This document shows positions 1-8,671 of a DNA stretch of 64,000 nucleotides, in pieces. How positions within the stretch are numbered: the first letter of the stretch is position 1; each line of letters opens with the position of its first letter. The position numbers and the translations under genes are program-made. A model generated the notes under the pieces. It saw only the letters and a program-made list of their open reading frames with translations. It searched no databases and had not been told where the DNA came from. Source of the DNA: Fidelibacterota bacterium (lineage in GTDB: Bacteria; Fidelibacterota; Marinisomatia; Marinisomatales; TCS55). The DNA is taken from positions 368 to 64,367 of the forward strand of contig JASLML010000001.1 of the NCBI GenBank assembly GCA_030746535.1, written 5' to 3'.

Positions 1-1
1 C

Positions 2-340
2 GCATATGTGTCTTCGCTGCATTCCGGAGGAACTATGAACGGCGATTCTAACGGATCCTTCTGGTACCGCATGGAAGCAACAGTAAGCGCAGTCACAGCC
101 AACCAGTCGCCGGATAACGAGTTCAACTTTACTCCTCGCTATATTGAGGTAGATGTGCTTGAGCCCGGTAAATATGCTGTAGCGTATTATTATCTTGTAG
201 GCTCATATACTATTGGAGGCATTTCCAAGAATGATTACCGAACGAGAGTCTGCATGGTTCTGGTCAATGAGAGAGGAAGCTGGAAGGTAAAATCCGGCAG
301 CTACACTCCACTTCACAGCGGAAGCGGTATTCCTGATTAA
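2..340 (+). CDS. Hypothetical protein, 5'-partial at window edge; possibly NTF2-like/DUF4440-like
   Basis: The frame is open to position 2, and the GTG at 8 is only the first in-window start. The C-terminal pattern RVCMVLVNERGSWKVKSG resembles the last strands of NTF2-like/DUF4440 proteins. This is a weak call. Confidence 0.4.
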   Translation, partial: AYVSSLHSGGTMNGDSNGSFWYRMEATVSAVTANQSPDNEFNFTPRYIEVDVLEPGKYAVAYYYLVGSYTIGGISKNDYRTRVCMVLVNERGSWKVKSGSYTPLHSGSGIPD

Positions 341-479
341 TGACTGATCTAAAAACCCTCCAAATAGCGAGCTTTTAGATTTGTCATTGACAATACTGTC
401 ATTAGTTTGTTTAAAATGCGCCTTGCGTATCAAAAATACTTAAGGCTACATTAGCATATTCAACAAAGGAGATAACAAA

Positions 480-1214
480 ATGATGAAGGCATTTATTGCA
501 TCGTTAGCAATGTTTGGATTTCTTGTTGGCCAGGATAATCCACAAATCGTCAGAACGTCGTATTTAAAGGCAAAACAGGGGCATGTAGCGAAATTAGAAA
601 AAGGCCTAAAGGATCATACTGATAGGTTTCACCAGTCGTTTGATCATACCATAAATACATGGCAAGTTGTTGCAGGCAAGCGCACTGGGCAATATCTTAG
701 ATCAACCCGGCATCAAGGCTGGGCTGATTTTGATGCATATCAGGATCTTCCCGGAGATCCAGAGCATTGGCAAAGAGCTGTGGCGCCTCATGTGGAATCC
801 TTAGGGGGAAACGAATATTGGCGCTTCCTTCCTGATTATTCTTACAACCCGCCACAAACCACGCCAAAGATGTTTACAGTGTGGTTTGTTCAATACAAAG
901 CGGGTCAATGGTCAAAACATCGCGATGCAGTCCTAAAGATTATTCAGGCGCGAAAAGACAACAACAGCGATCATCAGTCTGCGGCATATGCCAAAGCAGT
1001 TGGAGGAAAAGGTCGTGTGTATGCATTTCTGATTCCCATGGATGGCTGGTCCGATCTCAATCCTAAGAAGATGAGTCTTTTTGATATGCTTGAAAAAACA
1101 TTTGGAGAAGGTGAAGGTTCAAATATTTTAGGTTCACGCAGCGAAGCAGTAGAAAAAGTTGAATCAGAAGTTATTTTGTTTCGTCCGGATTTAAGTACCT
1201 CAGAAATAGAATAA
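480..1214 (+). CDS. Hypothetical secreted protein (two similar halves)
   Basis: AAGGAG SD lies just upstream. The N-terminal hydrophobic signal-like segment is MMKAFIASLAMFGFLVG. A strong hairpin follows the stop. No catalytic motif recognised. Confidence 0.7.
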   Translation: MMKAFIASLAMFGFLVGQDNPQIVRTSYLKAKQGHVAKLEKGLKDHTDRFHQSFDHTINTWQVVAGKRTGQYLRSTRHQGWADFDAYQDLPGDPEHWQRAVAPHVESLGGNEYWRFLPDYSYNPPQTTPKMFTVWFVQYKAGQWSKHRDAVLKIIQARKDNNSDHQSAAYAKAVGGKGRVYAFLIPMDGWSDLNPKKMSLFDMLEKTFGEGEGSNILGSRSEAVEKVESEVILFRPDLSTSEIE

Positions 1215-1224
1215 TACATCAGAT

Positions 1225-1256
1225 GGAAATACCCCGCCTTTTGGCGGGGTATTTCC
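1225..1256 (+). terminator. Perfect 14-bp hairpin (GGAAATACCCCGCC-TTTT-GGCGGGGTATTTCC) after the 480..1214 gene
   Basis: Perfect inverted repeat read directly from the sequence, with a GC-rich core. The downstream tract is only AT-rich (ATTAATT), not a clean U-run. Confidence 0.6.
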
Positions 1257-1384
1257 ATTAATTCTGTAGTTTGATCCTATTTTAATTTGAAATACTTTTA
1301 TATAATTATTGCTTCAATTCGAAATAGTTTTGCTTTGAAGTAATTTAAAAAGGGAGATTAATTCCGAAAAAAGAGAGGATAAAG

Positions 1385-2230
1385 ATGCAAATGAGATTCA
1401 CTATATATCTAATCAGCATTGCTCTTAGCGGCATCGTTCAGGCTCAGTATGATCCTGAAAATCATGTCGTAACTCTTTCCAAGTACTATTTAGAACCGAT
1501 TAGTGAAGTAGAGGACGGTTCTGCTGAGGAACGAAAAGAGGTTTTAGAAGAGGATGCAAAAAAGCTGAATGCTCTGGAAACAAAACTGTTAAGCTCAATG
1601 ACTCTGGGACATTTTTGGTCAGGAAGAACCAATGAAGTACTTGTTGTCAATGAATGGGCTTCGGTGTCTGATGCAGATGAAACAATCCGGACCAGAGGAG
1701 AAACCAGGAAGAAAGCCTGGCGCAAAGATGATGACCGCAAAGAGCATATGTCCAAATTCAACAAATATTGGATCGGCAAACACACAGATGTAGGCCTTTA
1801 TGAACTCAATATGAAAATGCTTAAGCGGCCTTCACGCAAATACAAAGATAATACTGTTGTAACCATGACCCGCTATTATCTTGCTCCGCTATCAAAGATA
1901 GAAGATGGTTCAGGAGATGAACGAGATGAAATGCTACAGTCTTGGTTTGATAATGTAATTGATAAAGATGACAAAGTTCTAAGCCATATGATGCTGCAGC
2001 ACTATTGGTCTGGTTCTGCAGGAGGTCCCCATGGATGGCCTATCGTTATTGTTAACGAATACGCAACTATTGAAGATGCGCTCAACGAGGATGTTAGCGA
2101 ACTTGTAGAAGCTGCTTGGCCAGATGAGGAAGAACGAAAAGCATTTATGAAAAAATACCGTGCATATTGGAGCAATGGTAAACACGAAGATTTATCGATA
2201 AGCAATAATTGGGTAAACCTTCGTAAATAA
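1385..2230 (+). CDS. Hypothetical secreted protein with internal tandem domain duplication
   Basis: GAGAGGA SD upstream and signal peptide MQMRFTIYLISIALSGIVQA. Two clearly related ~100-aa halves: VVTLSKYYLEPISEVEDGSAEERKE...HFWSG...VVNEWASVSDADE and VVTMTRYYLAPLSKIEDGSGDERDE...HYWSG...IVNEYATIEDALNE. Confidence 0.75.
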   Translation: MQMRFTIYLISIALSGIVQAQYDPENHVVTLSKYYLEPISEVEDGSAEERKEVLEEDAKKLNALETKLLSSMTLGHFWSGRTNEVLVVNEWASVSDADETIRTRGETRKKAWRKDDDRKEHMSKFNKYWIGKHTDVGLYELNMKMLKRPSRKYKDNTVVTMTRYYLAPLSKIEDGSGDERDEMLQSWFDNVIDKDDKVLSHMMLQHYWSGSAGGPHGWPIVIVNEYATIEDALNEDVSELVEAAWPDEEERKAFMKKYRAYWSNGKHEDLSISNNWVNLRK

Positions 2231-2260
2231 ACAGTTTCATCAAGTATTAGAATAAATAAA

Positions 2261-2298
2261 CTCCGCCCGCTAATCATTATAAGCGGGCGGAGTTTTTT
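2261..2298 (+). terminator. Rho-independent terminator
   Basis: The 10-bp GC-rich stem CTCCGCCCGC/GCGGGCGGAG has a 12-nt loop and is followed directly by TTTTTT. Confidence 0.8.
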
Positions 2299-2338
2299 AT
2301 TGGGATATATGCTACTAAAGTAATATCATCTTCCCGAA

Positions 2339-2683
2339 ATGATCATTCCTGCAACAGACTCGGAACTCCTCAAAGATTGCCGTATAGATACCTATCGCGC
2401 TTCCGGTAAGGGAGGGCAGCACGTAAATAAAACTGACAGTGCGGTCCGTATTACACATATTCCAACCGGAATCGTGGTAACCTGCCAGGATGAGCGCAGC
2501 CAACATAGGAATAAAACCATTGCACTGAGACGTCTGCGGGAAAAACTGGAAGAGCTGAATAAAAAGCCAAAAAAACGGATTGCGACAAAACCTTCGCCAG
2601 CATCAAAGGAAAAGCGGATTCAGGAAAAGAAAAGGAAGTCAGAGAAAAAAGAGCTCAGAAAAAAGCCTGACAGGGAAGATTAA
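2339..2683 (+). CDS. arfB: Release-factor-domain peptidyl-tRNA hydrolase, ArfB (YaeJ)-like ribosome rescue factor
   Basis: GGQ motif in the class-I RF context ([28 protein letters not shown]...ERSQHRNK). Short protein (114 aa) with a Lys/Arg-rich C-terminal tail, as in ArfB. Confidence 0.7.
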   Translation: MIIPATDSELLKDCRIDTYRASGKGGQHVNKTDSAVRITHIPTGIVVTCQDERSQHRNKTIALRRLREKLEELNKKPKKRIATKPSPASKEKRIQEKKRKSEKKELRKKPDRED

Positions 2684-2694
2684 GGTAAGCCGAT

Positions 2695-2895
2695 TTAGAA
2701 TTTGAGGCCAATTTCGTTCAGCCGTTCCTCAAGATAACTTCCTGCTGTGTATTCTTCCGAAAGTTTTACTTCATCGCGCGGATGCTGGAACAGCGGCATG
2801 GAAAAGCCGTTTCGCACTTCATCCATTGAACGAATATCGCTACTCATTTTCTTTACCGTTTTCCGCTTCCATTCCAAAGGATGATCTGATGGCAT
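2695..2895 (-). CDS. Small hypothetical ORF (66 aa), doubtful
   Basis: Only an open frame. It overlaps the 3' end of the upstream gene by 56 nt in another frame. No motif recognised. Confidence 0.25.
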   Translation of the reverse strand: MPSDHPLEWKRKTVKKMSSDIRSMDEVRNGFSMPLFQHPRDEVKLSEEYTAGSYLEERLNEIGLKF

Positions 2896-3298
2896 TCAGC
2901 ATATCCGACTCGGAGGAAAGAACCATGCCGTCCGCTTCCGCAATCTCCACAATTTTTGGATAAACCTGGGAAGCAAGATCTTCATCCGTATAATGGGATT
3001 TAAGTGCAATGCAAACCGCGGATGCATACTGCATTCTTTCCATGGAATTCATATCCAGAATTTTCTGAGAAGCTGATTGAAGAATCTCTACTGCGCGCTG
3101 CGGATTATGGTCCGGAAATAGATCGCTCAAAGCGTCGGCCCACGCTTCACGCTCTTCAAAATCCATCCGTCCGTCCGCTAATTCCAAACAGGTGATCAAA
3201 TGTGTAATAAGTTCCAGTGGTGTCATGCTTTCCGGCGGTTGATTTCCTTCTGATGGTGTCATAGTGTTTCCTTTATGATTTTTGATTTGCCCATTCAT
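2840..3298 (-). CDS. TerB-like (tellurite-resistance TerB family) domain protein
   Basis: Two ADG-centred acidic helical motifs (LELADGRMDFEEREAW and IAEADGMVLSSESDML) are typical of TerB-like domains. An alternative start at 3265 (MTPSEG) would remove the overlap with bolA. Confidence 0.45.
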   Translation of the reverse strand: MNGQIKNHKGNTMTPSEGNQPPESMTPLELITHLITCLELADGRMDFEEREAWADALSDLFPDHNPQRAVEILQSASQKILDMNSMERMQYASAVCIALKSHYTDEDLASQVYPKIVEIAEADGMVLSSESDMLNAIRSSFGMEAENGKENE

Positions 3299-3551
3299 CG
3301 GGCGTAAATGTTTTCATGCTGAAGGCGTGGATGTCATTTCCCATTAAACTGCCTAGCGCGCCGTACACCATTTTATGGCGGTTGAGCAGTTTTTCACCTT
3401 CAAAATCTTTTGATACGATGATAGCAGTTACATGCGCTCCGCCGTTCCGGCCGGGATGGTGTTCGTGCCCGGCTGTGTCATCCTGATATCCGAAATGATC
3501 GAGCGACATTACTGCGGATAAATTTTCTTTTACCTGTTCTTCTAGAGTCAT
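3273..3551 (-). CDS. BolA family protein
   Basis: 92 aa. The pattern ...AHVTAIIVSKDFEGEKLLNRHKMVYGAL...IHAFSMKTFTPDEW matches the conserved BolA/IbaG core. Confidence 0.75.
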   Translation of the reverse strand: MTLEEQVKENLSAVMSLDHFGYQDDTAGHEHHPGRNGGAHVTAIIVSKDFEGEKLLNRHKMVYGALGSLMGNDIHAFSMKTFTPDEWANQKS

Positions 3552-3586
3552 GGTTTTCGTCTTAGTTTATTCTAAATTAGGGCGGT

Positions 3587-3973
3587 ATGAATCAAACATC
3601 AAACTTCCACCTTACGGATGAAGACAAAGTTAGGTACCTCGAACAGATCGATAAAATTGATTTAAGGATCATTCCGCATTTGATTCGCAATCTACCTGAT
3701 AAACTTGAAAATCTACTGCGGCGTCCAGATATAAATTCCATCGAAGAATCGCTGATTCGCGATGTAACAAAACTCATTTTTGTTCTCGAAAATATCGAGA
3801 GCATTTCCGAGAAACTTGCTAAAAAGATCGCTTTTTCTTTGACATATTTTCTTGAGGAGGAAGACGAAATTCCGGATTCGATTCCGGATATTGGTTTGCT
3901 GGATGATGCTGTTGTTGTACATTGGATCGTGGATGATATCATGTCAAATCATCCTGAATATTTTGAATCCTAG
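3587..3973 (+). CDS. Hypothetical protein, C-terminus DUF1232 (YkvA)-like
   Basis: The motif IPDSIPDIGLLDDAVVV resembles the DUF1232 signature (IPDFIPVIGYLDD). The rest is unrecognised. Confidence 0.4.
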   Translation: MNQTSNFHLTDEDKVRYLEQIDKIDLRIIPHLIRNLPDKLENLLRRPDINSIEESLIRDVTKLIFVLENIESISEKLAKKIAFSLTYFLEEEDEIPDSIPDIGLLDDAVVVHWIVDDIMSNHPEYFES

Positions 3974-4164
3974 GAAAGTTCTTCTTCGGAAAACTGCCAC
4001 TGGCAGGATGGGCACCACCATGGTTTACCGTAGTAATCAGGCCTATCTTCATTGAGCTGCATCGCTGTATCGCATTTGGGGCAGTTTAGTTCCGATCCTT
4101 CTTCGGGCCATTCATAATCCGGTTTGAATTTGAGCGGATCGTCAAATGTTCTGATATCATCCAT
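3970..4164 (-). CDS. Small zinc-ribbon protein
   Basis: 64 aa with two CxxC pairs (CPKCDT... and CPSCQW). Its stop shares the tetranucleotide CTAG with the convergent gene. Confidence 0.5.
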   Translation of the reverse strand: MDDIRTFDDPLKFKPDYEWPEEGSELNCPKCDTAMQLNEDRPDYYGKPWWCPSCQWQFSEEELS

Positions 4165-4214
4165 ATCAGAATTTACGCATCAAAATGCAGTAGGGTGCAA
4201 GCGGTTGATTGCAG

Positions 4215-4715
4215 TCAGCTTCCTGCGGATGTCCATAAAAGATAGGATATAATTCCAATAACACAGTACGCCACCATTTCTGTTAATGCCTGTTCCTGAC
4301 GAATGGCTTCAATCCGTGTAGTTTGAAAATCAAAATACAGCATAACATTTACCGTATCGCCTTCAGCGACAAACACTTTTTTGTAGGAATCAACCAATCG
4401 GTTTTTGGTAAAATCATCCAATCCGCGGGAAGGGAAAAGGCTGACTTCGTGTTTTCCCGGCAGGACTGGAACCGGATGATTGACAGGCGTGTGCCCAATA
4501 AAGACACCGTCAATAAAAGCAGGAGTCCCCAGCGTATCGGATTTGATTCGTATATATCCCGTAGGAGATTCTTCTGCTTTTTCTTCTGAAACGGCAGGCT
4601 GAAAATAAAGTGGCTGTTCTTCTGCCGGCGTGTCGGCGAAGAAAGACATCATGAACGAAACCAATAATCCCATAAGATTCGCTGAAAAATTATAGAGTAC
4701 GCTATCAGGATTCAA
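4215..4715 (-). CDS. PEGA-domain membrane protein
   Basis: PEGA-like pattern IKSDTLGTPAFIDGVFIGHTPVNHPVPVLPGKHEVSL, with hydrophobic N-terminal and C-terminal segments. Confidence 0.55.
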   Translation of the reverse strand: MNPDSVLYNFSANLMGLLVSFMMSFFADTPAEEQPLYFQPAVSEEKAEESPTGYIRIKSDTLGTPAFIDGVFIGHTPVNHPVPVLPGKHEVSLFPSRGLDDFTKNRLVDSYKKVFVAEGDTVNVMLYFDFQTTRIEAIRQEQALTEMVAYCVIGIISYLLWTSAGS

Positions 4716-4764
4716 CGAGTTAATTTATTGGAATTCCCGTCAGAAAATATGAATTTTCGATCCG

Positions 4765-6510
4765 ATGAATGGCCCAAAAATTTCAATCATGAAGGCATTC
4801 GGGCCTTTGCTTTGCATTTTATCTATTTTCGGCTGTGCCTATTTCAATACCTTTTACAATGCGCAACAGTATTACAAGGCTGCGGAAAAAATACGCTTGG
4901 AGAAATATGGTCAGGCGCTGCCTTCAAACGGAATAGATGCCTATATGAGTGCAATCAAAAAATCAACTATTGTTCTTGAAAAATATCCAGATTCCCGCTT
5001 TCGCCGGCCGGCAATGATTCTAATGGCAAAAAGCCGCTTCCATATTAGGGAGTATAACCTGTCCCGACAGATCTTCTTACAGTTAAAGGAAGAGTATCCC
5101 CAAGAAAGTTCTGAGGCAGACTACTGGTTGAGCCTTTGCAAATGGAAACAGGGAAAGTTTCAGCCGGCATTAAATGAACTGACTGCACAACTGCAAATTG
5201 TCGATGATCTTGAATTAAAGGCAAGAATGTATTTTTCGATGGCCGATATATATTTGGAAACTAATCAGGATGACCAGGCAATGCAGTATCTGGTGCAGGG
5301 AGCGGAATTGATGAATGACCGTAACGAACGGGCGGAAATATACTTTCGTTTGACTGATCTTGCTATTGCCGCGGAAGATTATGAACTGGCCATTGAAGCA
5401 TGCAGGAATGTGATCCGCAATAGTCTAACATCCAAGCGTGTGGTGGATGCGAACCTCAATCTGGTCAAAATTTACCGAATGCAGGAAGATTGGGATGAAG
5501 TATCAAGCCTAATTAAGAAACTGTTATCTGATGAATCTTTCACCGCCATTTGGGCCAAACTTGAACTGGAACTGGCAAAGCTTGATTTGGCAAATGACGA
5601 TGCAGAAAGTGCTATTTCAAGGCTGGAGGGATTAACTGCCGATTATGCACGAACAGAATCTTCAGCGGAAGCCTATTTTCTATTGGGAGAATATGCAGTG
5701 ATGCATACCCATGATTTTGAAGCTGCCTTAAAATCGTTTAAACAAGTAACAAAAGAATATGGTAAAACTCCATTTAAGAAAAGAGCACAGGTTCGGGAAA
5801 AGGAGATCAATACATTTCTTGCTACATTGGAAAAAATTTCTTCATTTAGGGAAACTGTTACCAATACGGATTCCATGGATATAGATACGACAAGCATAAC
5901 TGAAGAAGTATCAAAAGATAATGATGCCTATGCTGCATCATTGTACAGCGCAGGAGAATTATGGGCCTTCCATTTTGATAACCCAGATTCTGCGCTTTCT
6001 TATTTTTTTGAGATCGCTGATTCTCTGAATGTGCTCGAATGGACACCCAAAGCGACTTATACCTTAGTGTATCTATTGAATGATGCCGAATTAGAAGAAG
6101 AATCCACCTTTTACAAGGAATCATTGCTGGCCAAATATCCAAAATCAGAATATGCCCAAAACATCAGAAAAACATACAACATCGAACAACAGGCTGATCC
6201 AAATTACCTTAAATTATTGAAGGCAGAATCTATCAAAATCCTTGACGAAAAAACGGCAATTGATACCTACCGTGAAATTGCAGCTGTGGATTCCACGGAG
6301 GAAATAGGGCTGAAAGCAGTCTACGCCCTGGCCTATTATTATGACCTTTCTGCTGTGATCCCTGACAGCGCTCTCAAATATTACCAATGGATGGAAAGCA
6401 GATACCCGCAAAGTGAATCTTTTCTACAGGTAAGGCAGCGTTACGAAACCATGATACAGCTTGTTGCTTCAATGAAACAGGATACGGTAATTGTAGATGA
6501 AAGTGATTGA
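4765..6510 (+). CDS. Tetratricopeptide-repeat lipoprotein
   Basis: Lipobox-like LSIFGC follows a hydrophobic leader; an alternative start at 4789 gives MKAFGPLLCILSIFGC. Repeated Ala/Tyr/Leu-rich helical pairs throughout are typical of TPR proteins. Confidence 0.65.
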   Translation: MNGPKISIMKAFGPLLCILSIFGCAYFNTFYNAQQYYKAAEKIRLEKYGQALPSNGIDAYMSAIKKSTIVLEKYPDSRFRRPAMILMAKSRFHIREYNLSRQIFLQLKEEYPQESSEADYWLSLCKWKQGKFQPALNELTAQLQIVDDLELKARMYFSMADIYLETNQDDQAMQYLVQGAELMNDRNERAEIYFRLTDLAIAAEDYELAIEACRNVIRNSLTSKRVVDANLNLVKIYRMQEDWDEVSSLIKKLLSDESFTAIWAKLELELAKLDLANDDAESAISRLEGLTADYARTESSAEAYFLLGEYAVMHTHDFEAALKSFKQVTKEYGKTPFKKRAQVREKEINTFLATLEKISSFRETVTNTDSMDIDTTSITEEVSKDNDAYAASLYSAGELWAFHFDNPDSALSYFFEIADSLNVLEWTPKATYTLVYLLNDAELEEESTFYKESLLAKYPKSEYAQNIRKTYNIEQQADPNYLKLLKAESIKILDEKTAIDTYREIAAVDSTEEIGLKAVYALAYYYDLSAVIPDSALKYYQWMESRYPQSESFLQVRQRYETMIQLVASMKQDTVIVDESD

Positions 6511-7294
6511 AAATACTGTTGTTAAATCCAATACAGAGATCGCTTCGGGCATATGGGAGCTGGTTGCTGATTCTCCTAAAATATGTTCAGAATATAGAGG
6601 GCCAGGTCAATTTGTCAGCATTCTTCCGATTGATGGCTGGCAGCACCCTCTCAGGCGTCCAATGAGCATCGCAGCTGTAAAGAAAAGCAGCTTAACCATA
6701 ATCTATAAAATTTTTGGGGACGTAACATCTGAATTCAGCAAACTGCAGAAAGGCGACAACCTTAATATGCTTGGACCGATCGGAAATACATTTTCCGGAT
6801 GGGATGATTCTGGCTACGATCCTGTATTGGTTGGCGGTGGAGTGGGCCTTGCCCCGATCCTGAATTTGAAAAATACATGCGCAGATAATGGCATTGCGGT
6901 AGCTGTTATTATTGGTGCAAGAAGAGGTGCGGAACACTTCATGGATCATGATCCCGATAATGGATTGTGGTTGACAACAGATGACGGGTCGCTCGGTGCA
7001 GCAGGAACAGTTATGCCCACCTTGGAAGATGTTATTGCATCACTGCCTAATCCTCGATTATTTGCCTGCGGTCCGGAACCTATGCTGGAAGCGGTACGTG
7101 ATTTTTCAATAGCGAAAGGCATACCGGCTGAATTGTCAGTGGAAAGTTATATGGCCTGCGGCATCGAACTATGCCAGGGATGTGTGATTGCAAAACCAAA
7201 CGGACAAGATAAAAAAAACAGCTATCATGAGCGCTATTCCCTTGTCTGCGCAGACGGGCCGATCTATGAAGCGAAGGATATTTCTTTTGGCTGA
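6497..7294 (+). CDS. pyrK: Dihydroorotate dehydrogenase (class 1B) electron-transfer subunit
   Basis: FAD motif RRPMSIA, NAD motif GGGVGLAPI, and the C-terminal 2Fe-2S cysteine cluster CGIELCQGCV...C. It sits directly upstream of pyrD. Confidence 0.85.
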   Translation: MKVIENTVVKSNTEIASGIWELVADSPKICSEYRGPGQFVSILPIDGWQHPLRRPMSIAAVKKSSLTIIYKIFGDVTSEFSKLQKGDNLNMLGPIGNTFSGWDDSGYDPVLVGGGVGLAPILNLKNTCADNGIAVAVIIGARRGAEHFMDHDPDNGLWLTTDDGSLGAAGTVMPTLEDVIASLPNPRLFACGPEPMLEAVRDFSIAKGIPAELSVESYMACGIELCQGCVIAKPNGQDKKNSYHERYSLVCADGPIYEAKDISFG

Positions 7295-8210
7295 TATAAC
7301 AGTTACAATCGGCAAGCATACTTTTCAGAATCCTGTATTTGCTGCATCAGGAACATTTGGCTACGGTCTTGAAAATCCAGATTTGGTCGATATATCGGCG
7401 TTTGGTGCAATTGTGACCAAATCAATCACACGCCAGCCAAGAGAGGGAAATCCTCCACCGAGAATAGTAGAAACACCTTCCGGAATGATCAATTCGATAG
7501 GCCTTTCCAATATTGGCGTTGATAAATACGTTTCCGATATGGCACCAAAATATGCCGATATAGGTTGCCCTGTGATTATGAATATCGCCGGATCAAGTGA
7601 AGACGAATATTGCGAAATAGTTGAAATTACAGAATCGGTAAATTCAAATATTATTGGATATGAAGTAAACATTTCATGTCCTAATGTAAAACATGGAGGT
7701 ATCGAATTTGGGGTGAACGCGGAGCTCACAGAATCTTTGACATCAAAAATCAGGAAACGCACAGGAAAATTGGTCATTATGAAATTGAGCCCGAATGTTA
7801 CCGATATCAGAAGTATCGCAAAGGCTGCTGAAGCAGGCGGGGCGGATGCACTTTCAGCCATTAATACCGTTTATGGGATGAGTATCAATCCGCACACCAA
7901 AAAATCAGAAATCTATACAACGTACGGTGGATTATCAGGCCCTGCCATCAAACCGGTCGGCCTGGCATGCGTACATAAGGTATCTTTAGCGGTAGATGTT
8001 CCGGTAATTGGTATTGGAGGAATCACCTCGGGAAAAGATGCTGTTGAGTATATACTGGCTGGCGCATCGGCGATTCAGGTAGGTACCGCAAATTACAGAG
8101 ATCCTGCAACAGGAATCTCTATCTTGGATGATTTGAAAAGATACTTAGCTGAACAGAACATAGCTACTGTTGCCGAGATGATCGGAATGGTTGAAACCTA
8201 TGAGAGTTAA
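7266..8210 (+). CDS. pyrD: Dihydroorotate dehydrogenase catalytic subunit (class 1B)
   Basis: FQNPVFAASGTFGYG, NSIGLSN, NISCPNV and IGIGGI are the typical class-1 DHOD motifs. The start is placed at the internal ATG at 7266 (MKRRIF...), because the 7188 ORF start lies deep inside pyrK. Confidence 0.85.
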   Translation: MKRRIFLLADITVTIGKHTFQNPVFAASGTFGYGLENPDLVDISAFGAIVTKSITRQPREGNPPPRIVETPSGMINSIGLSNIGVDKYVSDMAPKYADIGCPVIMNIAGSSEDEYCEIVEITESVNSNIIGYEVNISCPNVKHGGIEFGVNAELTESLTSKIRKRTGKLVIMKLSPNVTDIRSIAKAAEAGGADALSAINTVYGMSINPHTKKSEIYTTYGGLSGPAIKPVGLACVHKVSLAVDVPVIGIGGITSGKDAVEYILAGASAIQVGTANYRDPATGISILDDLKRYLAEQNIATVAEMIGMVETYES

Positions 8211-8667
8211 ACAATTTCCGATTTATCTGATGCTTTTTTTGATGCTATTGTCTTGCTCCAATTCACCTCGATACAGAGGATCGGGGCCACGGCCGAAATC
8301 GAAAAATTCCAAGAGTTTGAGCACAAAAGCAGTAAAGCATCAAAAATTGATGACCGGAATCAGTTCGTACTATGCAGAGGATTTCCACGGCAAGCTGACA
8401 GCAAACGGTGAGATTTACGATATGTATGGACTTACCGCTGCCCATAAGACGCTGCCGCTGAACACCATCGTACGCGTAACAAATCTGGACAATAATAAAT
8501 CACTCATCCTGAGAATCAATGACCGTGGTCCATATGTAAAAGGACGCATCCTGGACTGTTCTTACGGAGCTGCTCTAAAACTTGGGTTTATTGCGAAGGG
8601 AACTACCAAAGTGAAAATCGAGGTTATTGAGTTTGGTGACAATAAATACATGAAGCATAAGAGCTGA
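8191..8667 (+). CDS. rlpA: Septal ring lytic transglycosylase RlpA family lipoprotein (DPBB domain)
   Basis: Lipobox LLSCS, then GISSYYAEDFHGKLTANGEIYD...TAAHKTLPLNTIVRVTNL.NNKS..LRINDRGPY, the canonical RlpA double-psi beta-barrel. Confidence 0.85.
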   Translation: MKPMRVKQFPIYLMLFLMLLSCSNSPRYRGSGPRPKSKNSKSLSTKAVKHQKLMTGISSYYAEDFHGKLTANGEIYDMYGLTAAHKTLPLNTIVRVTNLDNNKSLILRINDRGPYVKGRILDCSYGAALKLGFIAKGTTKVKIEVIEFGDNKYMKHKS

Positions 8668-8671
8668 TGGT

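Noticed and set aside
881-1258. Nested and antisense ORFs inside the 480..1214 gene (881..1066 +, 974..1258 -). Many similar 60-110-aa ORFs lie inside longer genes throughout the track.
   Set aside because: They are fully embedded in, or antisense to, longer ORFs that have SD sites and recognisable products. Their compositions are skewed (Ser/Leu/Arg-rich) and they carry no motifs.
7188-7265. A longer pyrD start at 7188.
   Set aside because: It would overlap more than 100 nt of pyrK, including its Fe-S cysteine region. The conserved DHOD N-terminus begins near the ATG at 7266.
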